Below are positions 1 through 8,440 of a stretch of DNA of 64,000 nucleotides, piece by piece (positions within the stretch are counted from its first letter, which is position 1; each line of letters starts with the position of its first letter). Below the pieces are notes generated by a model that worked only from the letters and a program-made list of their open reading frames with translations, made no database searches and was not told where the DNA came from. The DNA comes from a virus, in the IMG/VR virus record IMGVR_UViG_3300029131_000181. One strand, written 5' to 3'. The position numbers were made by a program, and so were the translations under genes.

Positions 1-441
1 ACTGCTTCGAGACAAAAAGTATTTTTTGGCGATTTCCTTATCAGTCATTCCGGCTTTCGCATCTTCCAACATAGCCGCATTGCGAACTTTCGTGGCAGCA
101 GACTGCTTTTTCTTGTTCTTCTTAATCGTAGCTTGAGCGTATTCAGAAACAGTATAGTAGCACTGCTGATAGGTCACGCCATGCTTCTTTGCGATTTCAG
201 CAACCGTCATCCCGGCTTTCGCATCTTGAATCATAGCTTCGTCGAGAGGTGCTCTTTTTGCTTTCTTTGCAAGATTCTTTTCTTTTGCTAGGTCTCTCAC
301 CATGGCATAGCAATAAGAGCTTGAAAAATACGTTTCCTTGGCGATTTCCTTGACAGTTTTGCCAGAAAGATACATTTCCCGGACTTTTTCTCGGTCTTCT
401 TTGACCTGCTGCTTCGCAACATCTTTCTTTGATGCAGCCAT
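1..441 (-). CDS. HTH-repeat protein, partial (start ATG at 441, C-terminus beyond window edge)
   Basis: Reverse translation from ATG 441 is open to position 1 (MAASKKDVAKQQVKEDREKVREMYLSGKTVKEIAKETYFS...). It contains repeated 'x-G-x-T/S-xxEIAKKxxxS' helix-turn-helix-like units like the two downstream paralogues. It is missing from the ORF table only because it runs off the window edge. Confidence 0.55.
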   Translation of the reverse strand, partial: MAASKKDVAKQQVKEDREKVREMYLSGKTVKEIAKETYFSSSYCYAMVRDLAKEKNLAKKAKRAPLDEAMIQDAKAGMTVAEIAKKHGVTYQQCYYTVSEYAQATIKKNKKKQSAATKVRNAAMLEDAKAGMTDKEIAKKYFLSRSS

Positions 442-445
442 GCAA

Positions 446-964
446 TTATTCCTCACTTTGACAACTTTTACTTTTCCCTGGGCCTGGACTATACCGCTTC
501 ATGGCGCGATATACGCTTCCCTTTTTGAGCCCGTATTCTTCCGCAAGCTCTTTGACAGAAACGCCGTTTTTGTATTTCCTGACCATCTCGGCGTTTCTTT
601 TCTTGCCAGTCTCGATACGGTTTTGGCTGTGGATTTGTCGGCCATTCTTTCCGTGTGCATGAAGAATCCGATAAAAGAGCGTTCCACTGATGCCGTATTT
701 TTCCTGAAGCTCCGGAGATTTTGCGCCCATCTCATATTCATGAATCATCTGGGTTTGCCAGGCTTTCTTCTTTGCTTTTCTCTGCCGGGCCTGTTCTTCG
801 TAAAAGTCCTTCAGACTATATCGGACAGTAGAAACACAAATTTGATACTTTTCGGCCAGCTGTTCCTGGGACATACCGTTCTTGGCATCCTCCAGCATCT
901 TTTCATTTCGCGCCCTGACTTTGTCATGAGTTAGACACACGTGGGTAATCTTGTTAATCGGCAT
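446..964 (-). CDS. triple-HTH DNA-binding protein (paralogue family)
   Basis: 172 aa with three repeats of ~50 aa, each with a sigma-70 region-4 / HTH_23-like motif (ELAEKYQICVSTVRYSL; LQEKYGISGTLFYRILHAHG; LAEEYGLKKGSVYRAMKRY). AAGGAG RBS 9 nt before ATG 964. Confidence 0.65.
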   Translation of the reverse strand: MPINKITHVCLTHDKVRARNEKMLEDAKNGMSQEQLAEKYQICVSTVRYSLKDFYEEQARQRKAKKKAWQTQMIHEYEMGAKSPELQEKYGISGTLFYRILHAHGKNGRQIHSQNRIETGKKRNAEMVRKYKNGVSVKELAEEYGLKKGSVYRAMKRYSPGPGKSKSCQSEE

Positions 965-1481
965 TTTCGCTATTCTCCTTAGCTCTGGCTTTTACGTTAT
1001 ACTGGTAAATCCCATTTTGATGAAGGATAAGATAACCTAGTGAAGGGCTGATATTTACCTCCCTGCTCAACTCGATAATCGATTTTCGAGGATTTTTCTT
1101 GTAAGCATCAAGAAAAGTTTGGTTCCGCATCTTTTTCTCTTTTTTGAGAGCTGTTTCAATATGATTGTATTTTTGGCTTTCGTACTCTCCGCTCGAATGC
1201 AAGATTGCATAAATACGCTGCATGGAAATGCCGTACATCTTGCCCAATTCTCTGGCCGTCATACCGCCTTTATACTGTTTAACAATTTGCTCATTTCGAG
1301 TGGTAAGTCTCTTCCTCTTTTTTTCAAAATAACGAGGCGGCTCCTGCGTACCTTTTAGAATCTTGTAGCACATCGTTTCTGAAAGATTATAGTCCCTCGC
1401 GATTTCTAAAATCGGCTTTCCATTTTTGTAATCTTCGATGATGCTTTTATTGCGGTTCATGCGTTCTTCTTTGTTTGACAT
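954..1481 (-). CDS. triple-HTH DNA-binding protein (paralogue family)
   Basis: Three HTH repeats (ILEIARDYNLSETMCYKILKG; TARELGKMYGISMQRIYAILHSSG; IIELSREVNISPSLGYLILHQNG). Start moved to internal ATG 1481 (MSNKEERM) with GGAGG RBS. The 5' extension to 1619 overlaps the conserved promoter motif. Confidence 0.6.
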   Translation of the reverse strand: MSNKEERMNRNKSIIEDYKNGKPILEIARDYNLSETMCYKILKGTQEPPRYFEKKRKRLTTRNEQIVKQYKGGMTARELGKMYGISMQRIYAILHSSGEYESQKYNHIETALKKEKKMRNQTFLDAYKKNPRKSIIELSREVNISPSLGYLILHQNGIYQYNVKARAKENSENAD

Positions 1482-1593
1482 AAAGCCTCCGATAAAAAGA
1501 AAGAGCAGGTTCAAAACTGAGCCCGCCCTAGCCTTTCGGTCGGATTTTGCCCGACCAACGATGTTTTTTGATGCCTTTCGTTCTATATTTTGT

Positions 1594-1621
1594 ATTATAT
1601 GCAATTCGCACAGATGCACAA
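1594..1621 (-). promoter_or_regulatory. promoter P1 with conserved palindromic spacer element
   Basis: Minus strand reads TTGTGC-atctgtgcgaattgca-TATAAT (16 nt spacer). The spacer carries the recurrent TGTGCGAATTGC core. Confidence 0.5.
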
Positions 1622-1658
1622 TGTTTTTCTTTCTGGTAATTTATGGTAAGTGTTGTGC

Positions 1659-1698
1659 AAAAAAATAAGACCACCACCCTTTTTGGGGCAGTGGTCTT
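1659..1698 (-). terminator. intrinsic terminator after 1720..2169 gene
   Basis: Hairpin AAGACCAC...GTGGTCTT followed, in minus orientation, by a U-run (plus-strand A-run 1659-1666). Confidence 0.5.
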
Positions 1699-1719
1699 GA
1701 TTGCTATTGCTTTTGAAAA

Positions 1720-2169
1720 TCAATCCAGTAGTTTTCCGGCCTTGTATGAGTGGTACAAATAGCTCGGATTACAATAGTAAGTTGCAGTATTAAAATCTGA
1801 GATGTCATCGCTAATGAACGAGGAAAATACATCAATTACATCCTGGACACTAGGAGTGCTAGTACAGTCAAAGATGATGCGCTGGTACACTTTTCCGATA
1901 TCTGTATAAGATGGAACCTTGTAATGGCAGTTAGACACCGTATCATACGTTCCTTCCGGCACAGGAAAAAGCTCACAAATTTCATCGGCAGATTGCTCAA
2001 AGCTCTGGCAGTGAAACACATCCGCTGAGTCGAGAATTGCCTTGACTCCGTTTGTGCCAAGAGCAGAAACCACATCCTTGCGATGATTCCTCGTAACGCG
2101 GCCGATATATTCAATCAGGCTGCAGGTATAAAAGACATCGTTTTTGCTGTAGGTTGCAGTTTCAGTCAT
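1720..2169 (-). CDS. hypothetical protein
   Basis: 149 aa ORF with AAGGAGG RBS. ATGA start/stop overlap with the upstream DUF3990-like gene. Confidence 0.55.
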   Translation of the reverse strand: MTETATYSKNDVFYTCSLIEYIGRVTRNHRKDVVSALGTNGVKAILDSADVFHCQSFEQSADEICELFPVPEGTYDTVSNCHYKVPSYTDIGKVYQRIIFDCTSTPSVQDVIDVFSSFISDDISDFNTATYYCNPSYLYHSYKAGKLLD

Positions 2170-2618
2170 ACTTCAATCGCCTCCTTAAAAGAGAGACATT
2201 TCAAAGCGACTTCCGTGTGAAAGCTGATTTGATGCGTGGGATGCTTGAATTTTGCCAACGCCCAAAAAGCTTCACGGCTAATATCACCGCTTAGAAAGTC
2301 GTTGACGTAGTTCCAAATGGTGTCATCCGCCATGGGTCCTTCCACAATATCATAGTCATGATGTTTGCCCGAACGACATATAGCAATAAAATCAAGCCAC
2401 TCATCACTCATTTCGGGGAATTTCTTAATATTTAGCATAGGAGATTCTGTATATTCAAACACGTTGACAATACCACGAGACCTGCCTTTTTTTGACCAGC
2501 GAGCGGCTTGTTCGTAGTTGCTAGTGCAATAGAATCCCCATGAAAAATCTTTGGCGTACCTTGTTTTTCTGACCTCAGGGTTGCGGACTATTACATCGCT
2601 GCCATGATACAGAACCAT
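2166..2618 (-). CDS. DUF3990-like protein
   Basis: N-terminus MVLYHGSDV... after start refinement matches the DUF3990 signature (M-x-LYHGS). AAGGAAG RBS 7 nt upstream of ATG 2618. Confidence 0.55.
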   Translation of the reverse strand: MVLYHGSDVIVRNPEVRKTRYAKDFSWGFYCTSNYEQAARWSKKGRSRGIVNVFEYTESPMLNIKKFPEMSDEWLDFIAICRSGKHHDYDIVEGPMADDTIWNYVNDFLSGDISREAFWALAKFKHPTHQISFHTEVALKCLSFKEAIEV

Positions 2619-2739
2619 TATTATCACTTCCTTGCATATATTATACTTGTTTTTATGTGTTAACACAATCATTTCGTATGATTTTGGTTCCTACGCTTTT
2701 TGCTGAAAGAACCCGAATCAAAGTTTCGTTCTAGGAGTA

Positions 2740-4173
2740 TCAGCTGTTCGATTCACCCGGCAGCCACTGCTGAGGATAAGCGCGAAGCAGATTTTTCGGT
2801 ACGCAGTCATTCAGAGCGGAATTCTCAGCAAGAGCCATATCAATGATGTAGTAATCATTGCCGTTGCGCATTACATCGACGCTCCACTGCCCTGTCAACT
2901 CAATGCGAGGAATAACCTTCTTCAGCTCAGCCAGAACAGTTTGAACGCTTTCGTGGTAACGCTGGTTCAGAATGTCTTCATGCATCTTGTAGACAACATA
3001 ATCATGGCGTTCCTGTGGGCTGCTGACTTTTTTGAATTCGTTCTTCATAACATCGCTGCGCCAATAAGGACTTGCGCCAAGGATTTCCTTTGTATCAAAA
3101 TCCACAAACACGCGATATTCAGTGTGCAGCGGCAAACCGTTGTAGATGGTGGGGTTATTTTCTTTGTCCTTGATGTATTCTCTGACGACCCACTCGTTCG
3201 TGGTGTTCGCGCCGTAGAAGCAGCGATTGTTCAGAGGGGATGCCATCGAGCATGTCAGATGATTCAAAAACAAGAAATACTCGCCCATCTCATTGATTTC
3301 CTTCGGGTTATGGATATGAGCGTTGCGGAATTCGTATTTGGAAGAATACGTGCCCGTTTTGATAAAATAGTCTTCGTATCCATCAAGATGGAAGACTTTC
3401 TGGCAATAACGGTTCACGATTTCCTTTGTAACGGGATTCAACGTCTCGAAACCAAGGCGGGTAAGCTGCAGCATGGTGATAGGTACGCGAAGAATTTTTG
3501 TGTCCGGAACCTTGAAAAATGCGCTGCCGTACAATCCCTCTACCAGAGGAGGAAACCAGAAGCCCATAGAGTTGGGGTTCATCTCAAGCATCTGATAAGT
3601 GAAGTCATCAAGGTCGAGGATGTCAAGACCTTGACGGAACATGTTGTAGTAGAACATTTTTGTGCTGTCGTTCTTTGCATTCTTGTAGCCTGCGTAGTTT
3701 TGAAGCAATTCCTTGTACGACGGCTCAGAAATGTCAATCTTCATCAACTTTCCGGTGAGCTGCGGACGGAGTTCTTCGGGGTAGCGTTTCAACTCCTCGT
3801 TTGTAACCTCTGTCATAAAGTCGCGGTTGGCAGAGTATGTCACATAATAGCCACCGCGTTCCGCGTTGTAGATGTACAGACGCGTTTCAAGCACCAGTTC
3901 TGTGACGATGCGGTCAATGAGCGAATTGAGTTCCGGTGGGAAGTAGACCTTTTTGTCGAGAATTGCTTTGACTGTAGCTGTATCCCACTGGAGCATATTT
4001 TCATGCAGCTCTCCGCTTTCAAGAACCTGTGTCTTATAGACCTCATCAAAGGTTTTGAGGGCATCAGGGTCAGTTTTGAGCATTGCTGCAAGCTCCTCAT
4101 AAGAAAACGGCTTATCTTTCTTATCGGTTAAGATGGCGCTGATTTGTTCAAACATGTCTTTTGTTTCAGTCAT
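2740..4173 (-). CDS. ATP-grasp-fold protein (putative ligase), 477 aa
   Basis: C-terminal half shows an ATP-grasp-like strand pattern (DYFIKTGTYSSKYEF ... EYRVFVDFDTKEIL ... WSVDVMRNGNDYYIIDMALAENS). AAGGAG RBS before ATG 4173. Confidence 0.5.
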   Translation of the reverse strand: MTETKDMFEQISAILTDKKDKPFSYEELAAMLKTDPDALKTFDEVYKTQVLESGELHENMLQWDTATVKAILDKKVYFPPELNSLIDRIVTELVLETRLYIYNAERGGYYVTYSANRDFMTEVTNEELKRYPEELRPQLTGKLMKIDISEPSYKELLQNYAGYKNAKNDSTKMFYYNMFRQGLDILDLDDFTYQMLEMNPNSMGFWFPPLVEGLYGSAFFKVPDTKILRVPITMLQLTRLGFETLNPVTKEIVNRYCQKVFHLDGYEDYFIKTGTYSSKYEFRNAHIHNPKEINEMGEYFLFLNHLTCSMASPLNNRCFYGANTTNEWVVREYIKDKENNPTIYNGLPLHTEYRVFVDFDTKEILGASPYWRSDVMKNEFKKVSSPQERHDYVVYKMHEDILNQRYHESVQTVLAELKKVIPRIELTGQWSVDVMRNGNDYYIIDMALAENSALNDCVPKNLLRAYPQQWLPGESNS

Positions 4174-4190
4174 TTGTGGTCTCCTTTTCT

Positions 4191-4224
4191 AAAAAAGCCA
4201 CCGTTTCTGTAGGAAAACAGTGGC
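4191..4224 (-). terminator. intrinsic terminator between radical-SAM gene and ATP-grasp gene, abutting the ATP-grasp RBS
   Basis: Hairpin GCCACCGTTTC...GAAAACAGTGGC with U-run (plus-strand A-run 4191-4196), 20 nt after the stop at 4244 and about 10 nt before the RBS of the next gene. Confidence 0.5.
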
Positions 4225-4243
4225 AATGTATAAGTGATATGGT

Positions 4244-4984
4244 TTAGCTTGCAATGTACAACTCGCTGTTGGAAATGTTTTCCAGCCAGTTTTTGTTCAT
4301 TACATTACCAAAACGATATTTCTTCTGCGACTTGTAGGACCAATCGCAGCCGGAAACGACATCACCGATGGCGTTCAAGTACAGCTCGCCGCTGTAAAAG
4401 TCGATATCGCCGGTTTTGTTGAATTCGTATTCGAGCTTGTCTACATGAGGTTCACGCTTCTTATAGATATTCGAATCGAGATTCTTAGCACGCCCTTCGT
4501 TCAGTAAATAAGCCAGATGGAAGTCCGTTACCTTATCGTTACGGTTATATTTCAAGCCACTAAGGATACTTTCACTTTCATATGGGATTGCTTCGTGGAA
4601 GTTATCACTGCTGATGCAAAGACCGCACATATAGTCATCTTTTTCATCGCAGTAGGCCCACCACTCCAGACTCGCCATAGCAAGGTCAGCCATCTTATCG
4701 ACAGCTTTTCCGTTAGCGACCATGTAAAAGCTTCCAACGGCGATACCGCGCTCTTTGACAGCTTTCAAGGTGTATCGAATTGCCGGTATATTCAGAGAGA
4801 TTTCCCCACCGGTAAAGGTAAGAGAGCTGATATAAGCTCCCTTCTCAAAGTTGTCGAGAAAAGCATCGATGTACTTCTCCTGAATATCGATGCTTTCGGC
4901 ATCTCCGCGCAGGCAGTGCGCACAGCACATATTGCATCGGCGCGTAACTTCTATGAATACGTTGTTTGCGCTATAAATACGCAT
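4244..4984 (-). CDS. radical SAM domain protein
   Basis: CxxxCxxC cluster motif (RRCNMCCAHC) near the N-terminus, plus an FTGGE SAM-binding glycine-rich motif. 246 aa. Confidence 0.75.
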   Translation of the reverse strand: MRIYSANNVFIEVTRRCNMCCAHCLRGDAESIDIQEKYIDAFLDNFEKGAYISSLTFTGGEISLNIPAIRYTLKAVKERGIAVGSFYMVANGKAVDKMADLAMASLEWWAYCDEKDDYMCGLCISSDNFHEAIPYESESILSGLKYNRNDKVTDFHLAYLLNEGRAKNLDSNIYKKREPHVDKLEYEFNKTGDIDFYSGELYLNAIGDVVSGCDWSYKSQKKYRFGNVMNKNWLENISNSELYIAS

Positions 4985-5002
4985 TTTTTCATGCCCTTTC
5001 TG

Positions 5003-5329
5003 TTATTCTTCCTCGCAATCCTCGTAGTCGTCCATGAAGTTCTCGTTGCGGTCGACGACAACATTCACATCCGGCGGAGCGATTTTAGTCAGACCATAGT
5101 TCAAGAAGAACGAGCCGGGAATGTCATCGACATCGCCCCAGTTCCAGCAACCACAGTTGATTTCCAGCTGTCGTTTGCCTTCATCCGTCTTGAGATAGTC
5201 CTTGACAGCACTGCGCAGGACCGTTTCGGGGTCACGGATTTGCTCCGGATTGTAGCTAAACTGAATCAGTGTGCATTCCGTTGCGGATAAGCCAATGACC
5301 TCATTGGCGACGATAGTGAATACTTCCAC
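5003..5329 (-). CDS. hypothetical acidic protein
   Basis: 108 aa ORF with a strongly acidic C-terminus (DDYEDCEEE). Sits in an operon-like array. Confidence 0.45.
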   Translation of the reverse strand: MEVFTIVANEVIGLSATECTLIQFSYNPEQIRDPETVLRSAVKDYLKTDEGKRQLEINCGCWNWGDVDDIPGSFFLNYGLTKIAPPDVNVVVDRNENFMDDYEDCEEE

Positions 5330-5345
5330 CGTAAGTTCCCTCCCC

Positions 5346-5672
5346 TCACGCGTTGACGATACCGCCGTGCTTGGCCAGAACCGCGTCTACGGTTTCTACG
5401 GGCACATACCCGTAGACCGTAGCCAGCGGTGCCTCGTCGTCTTCAGCAAACGGCAGAAACTCTTCGACCTCCTCAGACAAGTAGCTGAGTTCGACCTTAG
5501 AGTAATTGCCGTCCGACAGGTCTTCGTTCGGTATGCAGTAGTGCATGCCACTTGCCTGAATCGACAGGGTGAAGCCGTCTGCACAAACTGCTTCCGGACG
5601 AAGTGCAGCAGTACCAAAGATGGTCTTGCTGAAGGTTTTGCGGAGAAATTCGTTGGTATTGAAAATAGCCAT
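5346..5672 (-). CDS. hypothetical protein
   Basis: 108 aa ORF. AAGGGAG RBS before ATG 5672. Confidence 0.5.
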   Translation of the reverse strand: MAIFNTNEFLRKTFSKTIFGTAALRPEAVCADGFTLSIQASGMHYCIPNEDLSDGNYSKVELSYLSEEVEEFLPFAEDDEAPLATVYGYVPVETVDAVLAKHGGIVNA

Positions 5673-5707
5673 AGTAATATGCTCCCTTTCTGTGTGTGAG
5701 ATGTTTC

Positions 5708-6448
5708 TTAGATGTACTTTTCCCAGAAGCGCTCGAACTCTTCGTCCGGCATCTGGGCTTCGGTTTCATCCATCACGCGGTCGTAAGTATCGCTGGAAAT
5801 GTCGGTCCCGACAAAATCAGCAACAGCCTCATGTCCGCGCTTCTGGATGGCATCCTTCAGGATAGCCCAACGACATTCGTGAATGGCATCATCCAGCGTT
5901 TTGTTGCCATCAGGCTGCCAATACTCGCCTGTCTGCTGAATTCTATAAAGCTCATCCAGCGCATCATCAACATTGTTTTCGAGAAGAATATCGTCAATAA
6001 AATTGATAGGATAATCCTTGCCGTTGATTTTCACTTCTGCATAACTGAACGAGTCATCATTATCGGGGCTTGCGCAGCATTCGACAGCAAAAACTTCATG
6101 GGTTTTGCGGTTGGCTTTGCATGGCAGATTGAACATTGCACCGGAATCAAAGCAGGACTCAATGCAGGCATTGACCACATCGCTTACGGGAGACTCTGCA
6201 GCCTCCTGATATTCCGGCATGTGCCAGATGTCGATGCTTGCCTTGTTGGTATCCTCAATGTTGCGGACCTTCAAGACACGGACACCCTTCTTCTCCATGT
6301 GAATGACGGCACGGCACAGGTCCACACGGATTTCGTGTGAATCCATAATGGTGCCACGGTCATCCTTAGGTAGGAAGATTTCGATAACTTTGTTGATATC
6401 GGGGGTTTCGGCGACGAAATAGACTTTGTCATCGTGAATTTTGAACAT
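5708..6448 (-). CDS. hypothetical protein
   Basis: Start placed at ATG 6448 (MFKIHDD) with AAGGAG RBS. An ATG at 6472 would abut the terminator U-tract and leave no room for an RBS. Confidence 0.55.
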   Translation of the reverse strand: MFKIHDDKVYFVAETPDINKVIEIFLPKDDRGTIMDSHEIRVDLCRAVIHMEKKGVRVLKVRNIEDTNKASIDIWHMPEYQEAAESPVSDVVNACIESCFDSGAMFNLPCKANRKTHEVFAVECCASPDNDDSFSYAEVKINGKDYPINFIDDILLENNVDDALDELYRIQQTGEYWQPDGNKTLDDAIHECRWAILKDAIQKRGHEAVADFVGTDISSDTYDRVMDETEAQMPDEEFERFWEKYI

Positions 6449-6473
6449 TGCATTACGCTCCTTCTTGTTCATA

Positions 6474-6511
6474 CAAAAAGGGCGGGCTCCCTAAAAACAG
6501 GAAGTCCGCCC
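6474..6511 (-). terminator. leader intrinsic terminator between promoter P2 and the 5708..6448 gene
   Basis: GGGCGGACTTCC...AGGGAGCCCGCCC hairpin followed by a U-run in minus orientation. It ends 10 nt before the RBS. Confidence 0.5.
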
Positions 6512-6585
6512 TTTAAGCGAAATTGTGAATGTACGAAAGGCATAAAACCCTTTCGATATAGAATGTTATCTATCGTACAATTTTT

Positions 6586-6613
6586 ATTGTAGTCGGTTCG
6601 CACAGCTTGTCGA
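6586..6613 (-). promoter_or_regulatory. promoter P2 with conserved spacer element
   Basis: Minus strand reads TCGACA-agctgtgcgaaccgac-TACAAT. Confidence 0.45.
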
Positions 6614-6631
6614 GTAAATCAGGTGCAATTT

Positions 6632-7792
6632 TTATGGTTTGCAAATCCCACACGCCGAATACCCTTCCTGGATGAGCTCATCGCGGGGCCCCATATAGTC
6701 GATTCGATTCTTTTGACTCATCGATTCGACTGCAGAGCAATCGGGTTTGTGAAACTTCATAGTGCTCGTGTTCAGAACGTATGTCTCGTCTATGACAAGT
6801 GAAGCTTTGTCCTGTTCATCCTTGGAATCTGCAGCACTACCGGCTTCAATCCGATTTTCATCATGATATTCACCGGAAGTGAAACTTACCTCTTTGCCAT
6901 CCGAGGTGCAGTAAATATCACCCAGCAGGTCTGTGCGATAAACCTCGACACCTTTGTTTTGCAACTTGTCGAGTGTTTCCTGATGTGGATGACCGTAACT
7001 GTTCCCTGTGCCACAAGAAATCACAGCATATGTTGGATTTACCGCATCCAGAAAAGCCTCTGAGGTAGATGTACTTGAGCCATGATGCCCTACTTTCAGA
7101 ACTGTTGACTGAATGTCTTGTCCCGATGCAAGTATCACGTTTTCCGCTTCCTGTTCCGCATCTCCGGTAAAGAGGAACGAGGTGTCTCCATAGACAATAC
7201 GCAAAACAATCGAAGTATTGTTCGTGTCATCGGGAACAGAATTAACACCAACTATCGTGAATTCTGCTTTCCCTAGAGTATAAGTGTCTCCCACATCCGG
7301 TATCGTGATGCCTCCGCCTTTCTGTTCCGCGTGGCTTGCAAAGTCCCGAAATGCTTTGCTGTCGTATTCTGTCACAGGGCATAGAGTCATGTCCGCAGTG
7401 ACGGCCTCAAAGGCACCGGACAAGCCGCCGATGTGGTCTTCGTGCGCGTGAGTCCCAACGACATAATCCAGGTGCCCATCGGTTTCACGCTGCATAACAG
7501 AATATAAGAGGTTAGAATCATCGACATTACCGCCATCAATAAGCATTGAGTGGCCGTCGCAGGTGATAAGGGCGGAATCCGCCTGCCCTACGTCTATAAA
7601 GTGAATGGTAAAGCTGCCGTCCACCGAACCGCCAGCCGTCTGTTCACTGCTTGCAGTGCTTTCTGAGACGACCCCGGTGCTGGATGGACTTTCCGATATT
7701 ATCGGATTCTGACCGCAGCCGGTGAAGCTGAGTGCAAGGAGCGTAGCGATGATTGCCGCCGTGCTCCGGAATAGATTGTTTTTGAGTTTCAT
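6632..7792 (-). CDS. lipoprotein with metallo-beta-lactamase fold and C-terminal Ada-like zinc-binding domain (ComEC-C-terminal-like)
   Basis: Signal peptide plus lipobox (LSFTGC). MBL motif HAHEDHIGG. C-terminal FHKPDCSAV...GYSACGICKP resembles Ada-type Zn-binding domains. Confidence 0.75.
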   Translation of the reverse strand: MKLKNNLFRSTAAIIATLLALSFTGCGQNPIISESPSSTGVVSESTASSEQTAGGSVDGSFTIHFIDVGQADSALITCDGHSMLIDGGNVDDSNLLYSVMQRETDGHLDYVVGTHAHEDHIGGLSGAFEAVTADMTLCPVTEYDSKAFRDFASHAEQKGGGITIPDVGDTYTLGKAEFTIVGVNSVPDDTNNTSIVLRIVYGDTSFLFTGDAEQEAENVILASGQDIQSTVLKVGHHGSSTSTSEAFLDAVNPTYAVISCGTGNSYGHPHQETLDKLQNKGVEVYRTDLLGDIYCTSDGKEVSFTSGEYHDENRIEAGSAADSKDEQDKASLVIDETYVLNTSTMKFHKPDCSAVESMSQKNRIDYMGPRDELIQEGYSACGICKP

Positions 7793-7810
7793 ACTTTTTC
7801 TCCTTTCAAC

Positions 7811-7849
7811 AAAAAAAGCGGACCTACCCCGCTATGGGATAAGTCCGCT
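7811..7849 (-). terminator. leader intrinsic terminator between promoter P3 and the MBL-lipoprotein gene
   Basis: AGCGGAC-(19 nt)-GTCCGCT hairpin plus a 7-U run, immediately before the GGAGAAA RBS. Confidence 0.5.
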
Positions 7850-7902
7850 TAAAATACAGATTGTGAATCCTACTGATTTTTAGTATCTGTTCACATTTTA
7901 TA

Positions 7903-7929
7903 TTGTACGGCGTTCGTATATTTTGGCAA
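7903..7929 (-). promoter_or_regulatory. promoter P3 (divergent variant of the conserved motif)
   Basis: Minus strand reads TTGCCA-aaatatacgaacgccg-TACAAT. Confidence 0.4.
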
Positions 7930-7932
7930 GCG

Positions 7933-8145
7933 CTATTTTTCCCCAAACTTGATGTCGATATATACAATCTCAAAGCACAGTGCAGCGCTCAAGGCAAATC
8001 CGAGAACGATATACGACGGGTGAGTTAAGGACCAGCCAGGATTCGCTAGATACCCATGCCAATATCTAATGTTAAGTACAAAAATAAACACCGGCAGAAT
8101 TAGATACCAGATGCTTTCCAGCACAATTTTGATGTCTTTTCGCAT
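7933..8145 (-). CDS. small membrane protein (2 TM helices)
   Basis: 70 aa with two hydrophobic helices. Confidence 0.45.
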   Translation of the reverse strand: MRKDIKIVLESIWYLILPVFIFVLNIRYWHGYLANPGWSLTHPSYIVLGFALSAALCFEIVYIDIKFGEK

Positions 8146-8146
8146 T

Positions 8147-8263
8147 TCACTCGCCTCGAAATTCGAGCGGAATCATGGTCCGGCGCTTTTGGCTTTCTGA
8201 ATACCAGATAACGCCAAATCCGACCAGGATAGCGAAAATGATGATTTTCAAAAGCTTCTTCAT
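8147..8263 (-). CDS. small membrane protein, 38 aa (not in the ORF table)
   Basis: MKKLLKIIIFAILVGFGVIWYSESQKRRTMIPLEFRGE. AAGGAG RBS 6 nt before ATG 8263. Stop TGA at 8147-8149, abutting the next start. Confidence 0.4.
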   Translation of the reverse strand: MKKLLKIIIFAILVGFGVIWYSESQKRRTMIPLEFRGE

Positions 8264-8440
8264 TTATTTCTCCTTTTATGCTGCGGATGCAAAGATGTCA
8301 CCGCAAGGGCAGTTATAAAACATTTTATACCGACTTGTCACGGCCGATATATCCCAATTCTTAATATCTCTCTCCTTTTTTAGAAAATTTTTATCGCTGC
8401 GAATATCTTTATGGCATCGTGATATTCGCAGAATAATTGT

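Noticed and set aside
338-934. Long plus-strand ORFs lying antisense to minus-strand genes (for example 338..934, 2941..4131, 9613..10665, 12160..13269, 36440..37558, 39900..41126, 46584..47879, 57832..59097, 59515..60441). Also minus-strand ORFs antisense to the plus block (30515..31549, 33901..34605).
   Set aside because: They are shadow frames of better-supported genes on the opposite strand. Their composition is Cys/His/Arg/Phe-rich. They lack an RBS and carry no motifs, whereas the opposite-strand ORFs carry clear domain signatures.
954-1619. N-terminal extensions of listed ORFs beginning MHLCELHII (954..1619), MPICANCRQ (42224..42778), MRIAYNSKYKVE (38107..38409), MRFSPVITKIWYNAF (49165..) and the 78 aa ORF 48127..48363.
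   Set aside because: The extensions are the translated image of the conserved promoter motif (TGTGCGAATTGC...) or of an extended -10. An internal ATG with a proper RBS lies downstream in each case.
4244-4984. Calling the radical SAM protein a prokaryotic viperin.
   Set aside because: Only the CN-x2-C-x2-C cluster spelling is shared. The protein is about 50-100 aa shorter than viperins and I could not see the viperin C-terminal motifs.
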